A stretch of 64,000 nucleotides of DNA from positions 96,001-160,000 of the forward strand of contig JBJMOW010000004.1 in assembly GCA_045803545.1 (NCBI GenBank), in the 5' to 3' direction. Position numbers and translations under genes: made by a program. The notes below the pieces were generated by a model. That model made no database searches. It saw only the letters and a list, made by a program, of their open reading frames with translations, and was not told where the DNA came from. The stretch is from Gemmatimonadaceae bacterium. GTDB lineage: Bacteria; Gemmatimonadota; Gemmatimonadetes; Gemmatimonadales; Gemmatimonadaceae. The stretch's first letter is position 1, and the number at the start of each line of letters is the position of its first letter. Below, one piece after another: positions 19,103 to 27,710 of this stretch.

Positions 19103-19882
19103 GTGAGCTCTGTTCTACTTGCTGAGACTTCCGTGTTCTATACAGAACCAGTCGTAACGCTGCTGGCACGTCCGGTGTTTCTGGAGCCGGATCATCTCAA
19201 GGTTCACTGGCTTGGCGAGAGCACCGACGGCGAGCGCCTCGCCGAGTTCGCCGGACGTCTTTGCTACATGAGCCAGAAGAATCCGGCCAAACGCGCCACG
19301 CGTGAGTATCTCGAGAACATAAAGAAGCAGGGCCACGGTTCGGTTCTCGAGCACGCTAACTATTCTGTGCTACTCGAGGGCGTGAGCCGCTCACTGACCC
19401 ACGAGCTGGTTCGCCATCGCGCCGGTTTCGCGTATAGCCAGCTAAGCCAGCGTTATGTCGACGAGTCGGAAGCAAACTTCGTCGTGCCGCCGGCGATCGT
19501 CGGCGATGAGGCCCTGGAAAAAGAATGGCGCGATCAGATCGAAGAGGCGCAGAGGACATATGTCCGACTCGTCGAGCACCTGATGGAGCGCTACGCGTGG
19601 GTGGGCGATAAGGTTCATCGCCGGAAAATGGCGCGCGAGGCTGCGAGAGGAGTTCTTCCCAACTCCACGGAGACGAAAATCGTCGTTACCGCAAACGCTC
19701 GCGCCTGGCGGACGATGCTGGAGCTGAGATCCAGTGAGGGCGCCGAGTTGGAAATTCGCCGCTGCGCTGTTGCGATGCTCAAGCTTTTGCTGGCGGAGAG
19801 CCCGGCTTTCTTCTCCGACTTCGAGATCTACCAGGCCGAAGATCGGAGAGAGGCGGCGAGGATCGTCTACCACAAAGTCTGA
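19103..19882 (+). CDS. thyX: FAD-dependent thymidylate synthase
   Basis: GHGSVLEH, THELVRHR..YSQLSQRY (RHRx7SxR), AREAARGVLP. Confidence 0.96.
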   Translation: MSSVLLAETSVFYTEPVVTLLARPVFLEPDHLKVHWLGESTDGERLAEFAGRLCYMSQKNPAKRATREYLENIKKQGHGSVLEHANYSVLLEGVSRSLTHELVRHRAGFAYSQLSQRYVDESEANFVVPPAIVGDEALEKEWRDQIEEAQRTYVRLVEHLMERYAWVGDKVHRRKMAREAARGVLPNSTETKIVVTANARAWRTMLELRSSEGAELEIRRCAVAMLKLLLAESPAFFSDFEIYQAEDRREAARIVYHKV

Positions 19883-19958
19883 GAGCGGGAAAATTTTTCC
19901 GGAGCCGCCGAAAAAAAAATTCCGCCAAAAAAAGTTTTTCGTCGCTTCGGAATAATTA

Positions 19959-19987
19959 TTGCGCTGCATCGTTGACGTTTATATACT
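19959..19987 (+). promoter_or_regulatory. sigma70-type promoter of the ATP-grasp/KamA operon
   Basis: TTGCGC-17 nt-TATACT with upstream A/T tracts (19890-19960). Confidence 0.65.
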
Positions 19988-20021
19988 CGGTCCAATGAAT
20001 CGAGCGCGAAATTTTCTGTAG

Positions 20022-21203
20022 GTGTCGATGACTCTCATCGGACTCGCCTACAACCAGAAGCCCGAGCCCACCGAGCTCCCAAGTGAGCTTCCAGAGGCGA
20101 TGCCGCAACGCGGCGAGCTTTCGCGTCCCGATGAAGAGCCTCCAAGTAAAAGTTTTGGTCTTACCGTCGCGGAGCTAACCGCTCGCGATGAGTTTGCCGA
20201 GTGGGATTCGCCGGTGACGATCGCCGCGGTGGAAGCGGCTCTCTCAAAACTTGGCAAGGTCGTTCGCATCGAAGCCACTGAAGAATTTCCAGAGCGGCTG
20301 CGCGCTGCCAGACCGGACATCGTCTTCAACATTGCAGAGGGCTTTCATGGCGTGAACCGAGAGTCGCATGTGCCCGCCATGTGTGAGTTCTTCGGAATTC
20401 CGTACTCGGGCAGCGATCCGTTTACGCTGACGCTCTGTCTCGACAAGGCGCGCGCCAAAGAGACTCTTTCGTTTCACGGCATCCCGACGCCCAGGTTCGC
20501 AGTCGTCGAGAATCTGGCCGACCTGGATGAACGAACGTTCAACCTCGAGCTGCCTCTCTTCATCAAGCCGCTGCACGAAGGATCTTCGAAAGGAATCACC
20601 GACGGCAATCTTTGCTGGGATCGTGATCATCTGCTCGCGCAGACCAAGTTCCTGCTCGAGAACTACCACCAGCCGGTTCTCGTCGAGGAGTACCTGCCGG
20701 GACAGGAGTTCACTTGCGGCGTCCTCGGCAACGGAGATGAGGCTACGGTTCTTCCGCTCGTCGGAATGAACTTCGAGGCGCTGCCGAAAGGAGCGCTACC
20801 GATCTATAGCTACGACGCCAAGTTCGTTTGGGATCGCCCCGAGCGTCCACTGGAAATCTTCGAGTGCCCCGCCAAAATCGGCGGCGATCTCCAGTCGGCG
20901 ATCGAGCGGGTCGTGCTGGACGCCTATCGAGTACTCGGCTGCCGTGACTGGGCGCGGATTGATGTCCGACTCGATGGCGCCGGAAATCCGAACATTCTGG
21001 AAGTGAATCCGCTCCCGGGAATTCTTCCCGACCCCGCGGATAATTCGTGTTTGCCGAAAGCTGCGCGCGCGGCCGGCATCGGTTACGACGAGCTGATTCA
21101 GAGCTGCCTGCGATTCGCGGCGGCGAGACAGGGCGTCGAGCTCGATGATTCAGCGGCCGCCACAACTGCAGTACCGGGCGAGCCAATGCTCGCTGCTGGC
21201 TGA
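20022..21203 (+). CDS. D-Ala-D-Ala ligase-like ATP-grasp ligase 1
   Basis: VFNIAEG, PYSGS, LDKARAK, IKPLHEGSSKGI, ARIDVR, LEVNPLPG; lacks the canonical Ddl GGxSxE start. Confidence 0.88.
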   Translation: MSMTLIGLAYNQKPEPTELPSELPEAMPQRGELSRPDEEPPSKSFGLTVAELTARDEFAEWDSPVTIAAVEAALSKLGKVVRIEATEEFPERLRAARPDIVFNIAEGFHGVNRESHVPAMCEFFGIPYSGSDPFTLTLCLDKARAKETLSFHGIPTPRFAVVENLADLDERTFNLELPLFIKPLHEGSSKGITDGNLCWDRDHLLAQTKFLLENYHQPVLVEEYLPGQEFTCGVLGNGDEATVLPLVGMNFEALPKGALPIYSYDAKFVWDRPERPLEIFECPAKIGGDLQSAIERVVLDAYRVLGCRDWARIDVRLDGAGNPNILEVNPLPGILPDPADNSCLPKAARAAGIGYDELIQSCLRFAAARQGVELDDSAAATTAVPGEPMLAAG

Positions 21204-21227
21204 CAGAGACTAGCGGAGGACGACGCG

Positions 21228-22241
21228 ATGAAAATTGCCCTGCTCTTCGACGGCCTATCTGCGCTAGGTAAGGCACCCGAGGTCCAGCTTCTCGACTCGA
21301 TCGAAGCCGTCGAGACAGCACTGCTGGACTGGGCCGCCGAGGTTGTCCGCGTTCCTGTCAGCAACGACGGTCGATGGGTCGAGCGCCTGCGTCGCGGCAA
21401 GTTCGATCTGGTCTTCAACCTCTGCGAAGGAATCGACGGTGAAGCAGTTCACGAGGCGCGCGTCATCTCTGTGCTGGAGCTGCTCGGCGTACCATTCACC
21501 GGCAGCAGCAGCTGGACGACGGCACTCACCCTCCGTAAAAACGTCGTCAACGGTGTTCTCGATCGCGCCGGTCTTCCGGTTCCGCGCTGGGCCCATATCC
21601 ACCGCGGCGAAAAGATCACCAGCGTTGGATTCCCGGCGATTTGCAAGCCTGTCGCCGAAGATGCCTCGGTCGGCATCGAGCAGCGGTCGGTAGTGCGTAG
21701 CATGCGCGCGCTGAACGCACGCGTGCGAGACATGTTTGACGGCTGGGACGAAGTGCTGGTCCAGCGGTTCATCGATGGCCGCGAGGTGAACGTCGGAATC
21801 GTCGGCGAGGAGGTGATGCCGATCGCCGAGATCGATTTCGCCGACATGCCGAAGGGGATGTGGCACATCGTCTCGTATCGCTCGAAGTGGGAAACAGGCA
21901 GTGACGAAGATCTGGGTGCCAAGCCGAATTGTCCCGCTGACCTGCCTCAAGCTCTCGCGAATGAGCTGACACAGATCGCGCGCACGGCGTGGAGCATCGT
22001 CGGCGGCGAAGGTTATGGTCGTTGCGATTTCCGAATCGATCCGTCTGGACGTCCGTGGCTGCTCGAAGTCAACGCAAATCCGGACATCTCGCCTGGCGCT
22101 GGGCTGGCGCGCATGGCCGGTGTCGCGACGATGAACTACTCGCAGCTTATTCGGAGGATTTGCGATTACGCACTGAAGCGGCCGCTCGACGATCACGTGG
22201 AGCGTTGGACCAAAACACTCAAGTTGTCCGGACTGGGCTGA
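21228..22241 (+). CDS. D-Ala-D-Ala ligase-like ATP-grasp ligase 2
   Basis: VFNLCEG, PFTGS, CKPVAEDASVGI, GRCDFR, LEVNANPD. Confidence 0.88.
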   Translation: MKIALLFDGLSALGKAPEVQLLDSIEAVETALLDWAAEVVRVPVSNDGRWVERLRRGKFDLVFNLCEGIDGEAVHEARVISVLELLGVPFTGSSSWTTALTLRKNVVNGVLDRAGLPVPRWAHIHRGEKITSVGFPAICKPVAEDASVGIEQRSVVRSMRALNARVRDMFDGWDEVLVQRFIDGREVNVGIVGEEVMPIAEIDFADMPKGMWHIVSYRSKWETGSDEDLGAKPNCPADLPQALANELTQIARTAWSIVGGEGYGRCDFRIDPSGRPWLLEVNANPDISPGAGLARMAGVATMNYSQLIRRICDYALKRPLDDHVERWTKTLKLSGLG

Positions 22242-22376
22242 GCCCGGTCTTGCTGATGTCGGTTCGTGAGGTTTGCAGGAATCCGGTGGCGAGTCGTTCG
22301 TGGCCGGAGCATCGCCCCGACCCGAGGACGTTCGGGTCATCTACAACGCCCCTCGCGGGGCCGGAGTGGTAAAAGC

Positions 22377-23546
22377 ATGAGCGATTGGCAGCAAATCATC
22401 AGGAATCAGAGCATCGCTACTCTGGAAAAGCTCGCTGAGAAGTTCGGCCACGACGCAATCGACGTCGATGCGCTGAAGCCGGCGTTCGACAACTTCCAGA
22501 TGCGCCTTACTCCCGCTGCGCTCGAGCAAATCAAGGAAGTGGGCGATCCGATGTGGAATCAGTACATCCCGACGGTCGAAGAGCTCGACGTCGTCGATGG
22601 GGTGATCGATTCGCTGGATGAAGACGGCGATTCGCCGGTGCCGAACATCACGCATCGTTATCCTGACCGCGCGCTTTTCCTCGTCAGTCCGGTTTGCGCT
22701 TCCTACTGCCGCTTTTGCACCCGCCGCAGAAAGGTCGGTGACCCGGAGAAGATTCCTCTCAACCAGTACGAGTCAGCGTTCCAGTACCTGCGCGAACACA
22801 CCGAGATCCGCGACGTCATCATGAGCGGCGGGGATCCGATGATGCTGAGCGACCGCAGGCTGGAGTACCTCTTCCAGCAGCTGCGCGCGATCCCGCACAT
22901 CGAGATCATCCGCATTGGCAGCCGCATCACATCGCACCTGCCGGAGCGGATCACCCCCGAGTTCTGCGAGATGGTGCAGAAATACCATCCGATCTTCATG
23001 AACGTTCACTTCAATCACCCGAGCGAGCTGACGCCCGCCGCTGTCGCCGCGCTCGATCGTCTGTCCAAAGCCGGCGTTTCGCTCGGCTGTCAGACAGTGC
23101 TGCTCAAGGGCGTCAACGACGATCCGAAGGTGATGATGAAACTGATGCACGAGCTGCTCAAGGCGCGCGTCCGGCCCTACTATATATTCATGGCCGACCA
23201 GGTCGCCGGCGGCGAGCATTTCCGGACGACGGTGCAGAAAGGCCTCGAGATCATTCAGGCCCTGCGGGGCTGGACGTCGGGACTGGCAGTGCCGCAGTTC
23301 GTGATCGATTCCCCGGGCGGCGGCGGCAAGGTGCCGCTCTTACCCGAGTACGTCGAATCCATCACCGAAGACGAGGTGGTATTCCGCAACTACGAGGGCA
23401 AGCGGTACGTCTACAAGCAGCCGCATCAAGCTCCTGCGACACCCACAGAAGTCGAGCGGGCAGCGGAACTCGACGTTGTTCCAATCAGCCGTCCCAAAAC
23501 CGCGACGCCACGCAGAACCAAGAGGCGTCGCGCGGCCGGAGAATAA
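22377..23546 (+). CDS. KamA family radical SAM/PLP 2,3-aminomutase (lysine 2,3-aminomutase-like)
   Basis: THRYPDR, CASYCRFCTR, SGGDP, HFNHP, QTVLLKGVND, PLP lysine motif PGGGGK. Confidence 0.93.
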   Translation: MSDWQQIIRNQSIATLEKLAEKFGHDAIDVDALKPAFDNFQMRLTPAALEQIKEVGDPMWNQYIPTVEELDVVDGVIDSLDEDGDSPVPNITHRYPDRALFLVSPVCASYCRFCTRRRKVGDPEKIPLNQYESAFQYLREHTEIRDVIMSGGDPMMLSDRRLEYLFQQLRAIPHIEIIRIGSRITSHLPERITPEFCEMVQKYHPIFMNVHFNHPSELTPAAVAALDRLSKAGVSLGCQTVLLKGVNDDPKVMMKLMHELLKARVRPYYIFMADQVAGGEHFRTTVQKGLEIIQALRGWTSGLAVPQFVIDSPGGGGKVPLLPEYVESITEDEVVFRNYEGKRYVYKQPHQAPATPTEVERAAELDVVPISRPKTATPRRTKRRRAAGE

Positions 23547-23561
23547 CCTGGCCCACCCGAG

Positions 23562-23597
23562 AGAAAGGCCGTCTCTGCGAGACGGCCCTTCTTTTTT
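23562..23597 (+). terminator. intrinsic terminator after the KamA-like gene
   Basis: ggccgtctc-tgc-gagacggcc-cttctttttt. Confidence 0.85.
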
Positions 23598-23625
23598 CCG
23601 GATCCGCAGCCCGCCGACCGCATCC

Positions 23626-25791
23626 TCAGGGGAGGAAGGACTTTGGTCGCCTTGGACTCTCGGCCAACAAGGCATCGTTGAGCGCTTCAAGCTCTGACCG
23701 AATTTCCGCGCCCTCGGCATCGTCTCGTATTTTCGTCAGACTCGGCGAGAAGAGAACGCGGGCGATCGCGATCGAATCGTGCGCGCCGGCAACAGCAAGC
23801 ACATCGTTCGCATGAATGACCTCGCGGCCGAGCGGAGTTGGTATCTGTTGATCACCACGCCTGATCGCCAATACGGTTGCGCCGGTCGCGCCGCGTAGAT
23901 TGAGCTGAGCGAGGCTGCGGCCCACGGCGATGCTTTCCGGTACGACCCGAATCGCAACCGGCTCGCCCAAACCGGGCAGAACCGCGTTCACGTCCTCGAG
24001 CTTGGTTTCTTCCTGTGAGTCACCCGCTGACGCCATCTGATGGGCGAGCGCGGAGGCGATGATCTGCGCGCCCGCTCGAGCGTGACCCTGAAGATTCGAC
24101 GCGTTTCTCCAGAGGGCGACCAATAGAACTATGGTCAGCAGCAACAGCACGAAGCCGCCCTGATGCGCCGGAAGGAATGGCTGGGTGATCGCAACCACCG
24201 GGATGCCTACCGCGATAACGACCGCGATTTGCACGAGAATTACCAGGGCGCGGCGTGGCGCGTCCGCGGGATCGACCTTCCCCTTCTGTGCTTCAGCGAA
24301 GGCGCGTTTCGCCAGGTGCAGCCCAAGCGAGCGAGCACTGGTGATGATGCCATAGATCAAAGGCGCCGCGATAAACCCGCTGAGCATCACCAGAGTGAAG
24401 CGGACGCGATCTGGCGGGAGTATCACCATTCGGCCGACGATGCCTGTGACGCGATCGATCTCCAGATCGACGCCGATCACTAGCGCGGCTAGCAGAGCGG
24501 CATCGACAAGAATGATCCGCACGATCCGTTTCGTCGCTGAACGCTCCGTCGGCGCTCTTGGCGCGCTGCGCACACGCTCGATCCACGACGCGTAAAGCGC
24601 GGCCACCGTCTGGATCGGCTCGGGCAGCCAGTGGTCGATCTCCGCTGCCGCCTTATTGGACAGTCTGATCAGTAGCGGCGTGGTGAGCGTCGTAATCGCT
24701 GATACCGCGATCGTCACCGGATAAATCCAGGAAGCGATCACGCCTGCGCTGACGCCGACACTGGCGATGATGAACGAGAACTCGCCGATTTGCGCCAGGC
24801 TCATTCCCGCTTTTATGGCCGTTCGCCGGCCGTGGCCGGCGAGGAACGCGCCGATCGTCACCGCCAATACCTTGCCCACGATCACGGTTATCGTCAGCGC
24901 CAGAACCGCCGGCCAGTGCACGGCGAGGGCCGCCGGATCGATGATCATGCCGACTGAGACGAAGAAAATCCCGGCGAACATGTCCCGCACCGGTCGTACC
25001 AGCGTCCCAATCTCACGCTCGTGCCCTGACTCGGCGACTAGCGATCCGGCGATGAACGCTCCCAACGCCACCGAGTAACCGAATGAAAGCGCGAGCAACG
25101 CGGCTCCGAAGCACAGACCAATGCTTGCAACCAGCGTCGTCTCGCTCGAGCCGATGCGCTGGACGTAGCGGATCGCGCGCGGTACGGTGAGCAGACCAAA
25201 ACCGATCAGGGGTACGAGGAACATCACCAGCCTCACCGCGGTGATGCCGAGGTCGCTTGGCGAGAACGCGCCAGATTGGGCGAGCGTTGTCAAAATCGTC
25301 AGGAGAAAGACTGCGATCAGATCCTCGATGATAAGGATTCCGAACACGAGCTCCGTGACGCGGCCCCTGACCTTCTGCTCTTCGAACGCTTTGACGATGA
25401 TGGTCGTGCTGGAGATGCCGACGATGGCGCCGACGAAGATGCTTTCGATGCGAGAGAGCCCGAGCATCTGTCCGACGAAATAGCCGATGGAGACCATGAT
25501 CGTCGATTCGAACAGAGCCACCGGTCCTGCTTTTTGGCTGACAGCGGCCAGTTTGCCGATGCTGAACTCGAGCCCCAGTGAGAACATCAGCAGAATCACA
25601 CCCAGCTCGGACAGCGTGTGAACGGTGTTCATATCCGCAACGAGTGGCAGCGGTATGTGCGGCCCTACGATCATTCCGGCGAACAGGTAGCCGAAAACCA
25701 CGGGTTGGCGCAGTCGCTGAAATACGACGGTTGCCAGCGCAGCCACCAGCAGTACCACTGCGAGATTCTGCAGGAAAACTACGGATTCCAT
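23626..25791 (-). CDS. CPA2 family cation:proton antiporter with C-terminal RCK_C/TrkA-C domain
   Basis: ELGVILLMFSLGLEFS, SSTTII, ILIIEDL, AQIGEFSFII; VGRSLAQLNLRGATGATVLAIRR. Confidence 0.92.
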   Translation of the reverse strand: MESVVFLQNLAVVLLVAALATVVFQRLRQPVVFGYLFAGMIVGPHIPLPLVADMNTVHTLSELGVILLMFSLGLEFSIGKLAAVSQKAGPVALFESTIMVSIGYFVGQMLGLSRIESIFVGAIVGISSTTIIVKAFEEQKVRGRVTELVFGILIIEDLIAVFLLTILTTLAQSGAFSPSDLGITAVRLVMFLVPLIGFGLLTVPRAIRYVQRIGSSETTLVASIGLCFGAALLALSFGYSVALGAFIAGSLVAESGHEREIGTLVRPVRDMFAGIFFVSVGMIIDPAALAVHWPAVLALTITVIVGKVLAVTIGAFLAGHGRRTAIKAGMSLAQIGEFSFIIASVGVSAGVIASWIYPVTIAVSAITTLTTPLLIRLSNKAAAEIDHWLPEPIQTVAALYASWIERVRSAPRAPTERSATKRIVRIILVDAALLAALVIGVDLEIDRVTGIVGRMVILPPDRVRFTLVMLSGFIAAPLIYGIITSARSLGLHLAKRAFAEAQKGKVDPADAPRRALVILVQIAVVIAVGIPVVAITQPFLPAHQGGFVLLLLTIVLLVALWRNASNLQGHARAGAQIIASALAHQMASAGDSQEETKLEDVNAVLPGLGEPVAIRVVPESIAVGRSLAQLNLRGATGATVLAIRRGDQQIPTPLGREVIHANDVLAVAGAHDSIAIARVLFSPSLTKIRDDAEGAEIRSELEALNDALLAESPRRPKSFLP

Positions 25792-25842
25792 GAGCCCAAT
25801 TTACTCGCCAAAAACAGCCCGCATCCCGCAGTCGTGAGATGC

Positions 25843-25874
25843 AAAAAAGGCCACCGAATCATCGGTGGCCTTTT
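25843..25874. terminator. intrinsic terminator (serves the minus-strand small ORF)
   Basis: aaaaaa-ggccaccga-atca-tcggtggcc-tttt. Confidence 0.85.
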
Positions 25875-25889
25875 CTTCTCAGCGAAGAG

Positions 25890-26111
25890 CTACGCCGCGG
25901 TGTCTGCCTCTTCCTCGAAGGTGAGGGCATCTGCTTCACGTACCCGATCGAGCATTGCATTGACCGGGATGCCGATGCCGCGGTCGTTCAACGCGGACTC
26001 ATTGCTGGATCCACGCTGGAACCAACTCTTGAGATTGGGAGTTGGCTCAGTGCCGCTACTACCCGCCGCACCCTCTTCCTGAGGGCCGGTATCCGAACCA
26101 TACACGTCCAT
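25890..26111 (-). CDS. small acidic hypothetical protein (73 aa)
   Basis: GGAGG 4 nt before ATG; own terminator; fills an otherwise empty gap. Confidence 0.6.
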   Translation of the reverse strand: MDVYGSDTGPQEEGAAGSSGTEPTPNLKSWFQRGSSNESALNDRGIGIPVNAMLDRVREADALTFEEEADTAA

Positions 26112-26126
26112 TCAGCCTCCACGAGT

Positions 26127-26142
26127 TGCAGTGTGCTTGCCA
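26127..26142 (-). promoter_or_regulatory. putative sigma54 -24/-12 promoter
   Basis: TGGCAAGCACACTGCA = GG-N10-GC. Confidence 0.45.
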
Positions 26143-26262
26143 TGACTACGTTACCCCGTAACGCGGGTTTCGAGCCTGAACACAAAGTACAATTCGGAAC
26201 GAAACCGTCCAATACTGCGACTGCGTTCGAGGCCAGATTGGTCACAACCCGTGGTCTGGTTG

Positions 26263-27660
26263 TTACCGAATCGTCGCCGGGTCTATTTCCCTAGTAGCGA
26301 AAATTCGGCCAACTGCTTCGCCGATTTTATTGTTGGGTGTGCTGGCTCCCGCAGTAATCCCGATGCGTACGGGACCGGACGCTGGTAACCAATCGGAAGA
26401 TTCGACTTCTTCCTTCGCGCCGAGGGGCCGGTGGCGAATCGTGCGCGATTCGGGGTCGATGTCGTCTGCGTTTTCGACGTGGAAAGTGCGCACCGTCTCG
26501 GAGCAGAGCGCGGCAAGCGACATGGTGTTGCTGGAGTTGTAACCGCCGATTACGACCATCACATCGAGGGGTTCCCGCAACAGCTCGACGACGGCGTCCT
26601 GTCTTTCCTGCGTCGCGCTGCAGATCGTATCGAAGGTGCGGAAATTCTCGCGGGCGTAATCCGAGCCCCAGGCCTTCGCCATTGATTGACCAATCAATTC
26701 ACCAACGGCCAGCGATTCGCGCGCGAGCATCGTCGTCTGATTCGCAACACCGATTCGACGAAGATCGCGCGCGGGATCGAAGTTGGGCGATACGGCGTGC
26801 GGAAAACGATCGAGCAAAGCCTGTGAGCTCAGGCGCCCTTCAATGAAATCGCAAACGAGCTGGGCCTCCTCGAGATTGCGCACGATGAAGTACTGCCCGT
26901 TCGGATATTTCTCAGCCTGCGACGCTGTCGCGCGCGTCTCTTCGTGGTAGTACTTCCCGTGAATGAGCGAGGTGAACCCATCTCGGGCGTAACTCTCAAC
27001 TCGCTTCCACACGTTGAGGACCGAGCCGCAGGTGGTGTCGACCATCACGCAGCGGATTTCGCGCAGCCTCTCGAAATCCTTGATGGTGACGCCGAAGGCC
27101 GGAAGGATGACGACATCTTCAGGCTTCACCATGCTGAAGTCCAAGTGGGAGGCAGGAGGCGGCAGGGGGGAGGGGGGATGTGGCGTCTGGTCGTCATGCG
27201 CCTGTCCTCCCTCGCTTCCCGCCTTCCGCTTCCCGGCCCCCGCTTCCCGCTTTTCCCCTCCCGGCAAGAGAAACTCGATCCCCATCGCCTGTAGTTTCGA
27301 GTTCACGTGCGGGTTATGGATGATCTCGCCCGCCAGGTAGATGGTACGATCCGGAAACTTCTTTCTGGCTTGATAGGCGTACTCAACTGCCCGCTCGACC
27401 CCGTAACAGAAGCCGAATTCCTTGGCTAGCCGTATGGTTACGTCGCCAGCCGTGAGGGTGTACTCCTGAGCTTTGAGGAGGTCGACAAGGTGGCCAGTAT
27501 AGTCGGAATCCAGTTCGGCCTGGATCTCGGATTTCAAGCCGAAACCTTTCCGAAAGTACGTGCCTCCCCCAGTTCCGTTTGGGGTATTGGCCTGCATATT
27601 CCGATGAGTGGGGGCGGCGGTCCCGGACGGCCCCGGTGCCTTCATCGACGTATCCGACAT
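26263..27660 (-). CDS. ispH: 4-hydroxy-3-methylbut-2-enyl diphosphate reductase
   Basis: FGFCYGVERA, EIIHNP, DTTC, ANQTTM, DTICSATQERQ, GGYNSSNT, TAGASTP. Confidence 0.97.
   Translation of the reverse strand: MSDTSMKAPGPSGTAAPTHRNMQANTPNGTGGGTYFRKGFGLKSEIQAELDSDYTGHLVDLLKAQEYTLTAGDVTIRLAKEFGFCYGVERAVEYAYQARKKFPDRTIYLAGEIIHNPHVNSKLQAMGIEFLLPGGEKREAGAGKRKAGSEGGQAHDDQTPHPPSPLPPPASHLDFSMVKPEDVVILPAFGVTIKDFERLREIRCVMVDTTCGSVLNVWKRVESYARDGFTSLIHGKYYHEETRATASQAEKYPNGQYFIVRNLEEAQLVCDFIEGRLSSQALLDRFPHAVSPNFDPARDLRRIGVANQTTMLARESLAVGELIGQSMAKAWGSDYARENFRTFDTICSATQERQDAVVELLREPLDVMVVIGGYNSSNTMSLAALCSETVRTFHVENADDIDPESRTIRHRPLGAKEEVESSDWLPASGPVRIGITAGASTPNNKIGEAVGRIFATREIDPATIR
27147..27263. repeat. heptamer-periodic palindromic element inserted in-frame in ispH
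   Basis: GGGAGGC-type left arm and CTTCCCG-type right arm; encodes GGEKREAGAGKRKAGSEG..PHPPSPLPPPASH. Confidence 0.8.
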
Positions 27661-27710
27661 ACCCTGAATCTAGCAGTGACCAACCGATAAATGCGCTTCG
27701 AGAAACGACG

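Noticed and set aside
20022..22241. Canonical ddlA/ddlB or a van resistance cluster
   Set aside because: No Ddl N-terminal motif, no mur/fts neighbours, no vanH/vanX
21264..22340. Long antisense ORFs (e.g. 358 aa here, 45439-46377, 49397-50359, 31687-32619)
   Set aside because: Shadow frames of clear genes on the other strand, expected in GC-rich DNA; no motifs
22377..23546. EpmB (EF-P beta-lysylation)
   Set aside because: No efp or epmA nearby; context favours a separate pathway, though EpmB is not excluded without a tree
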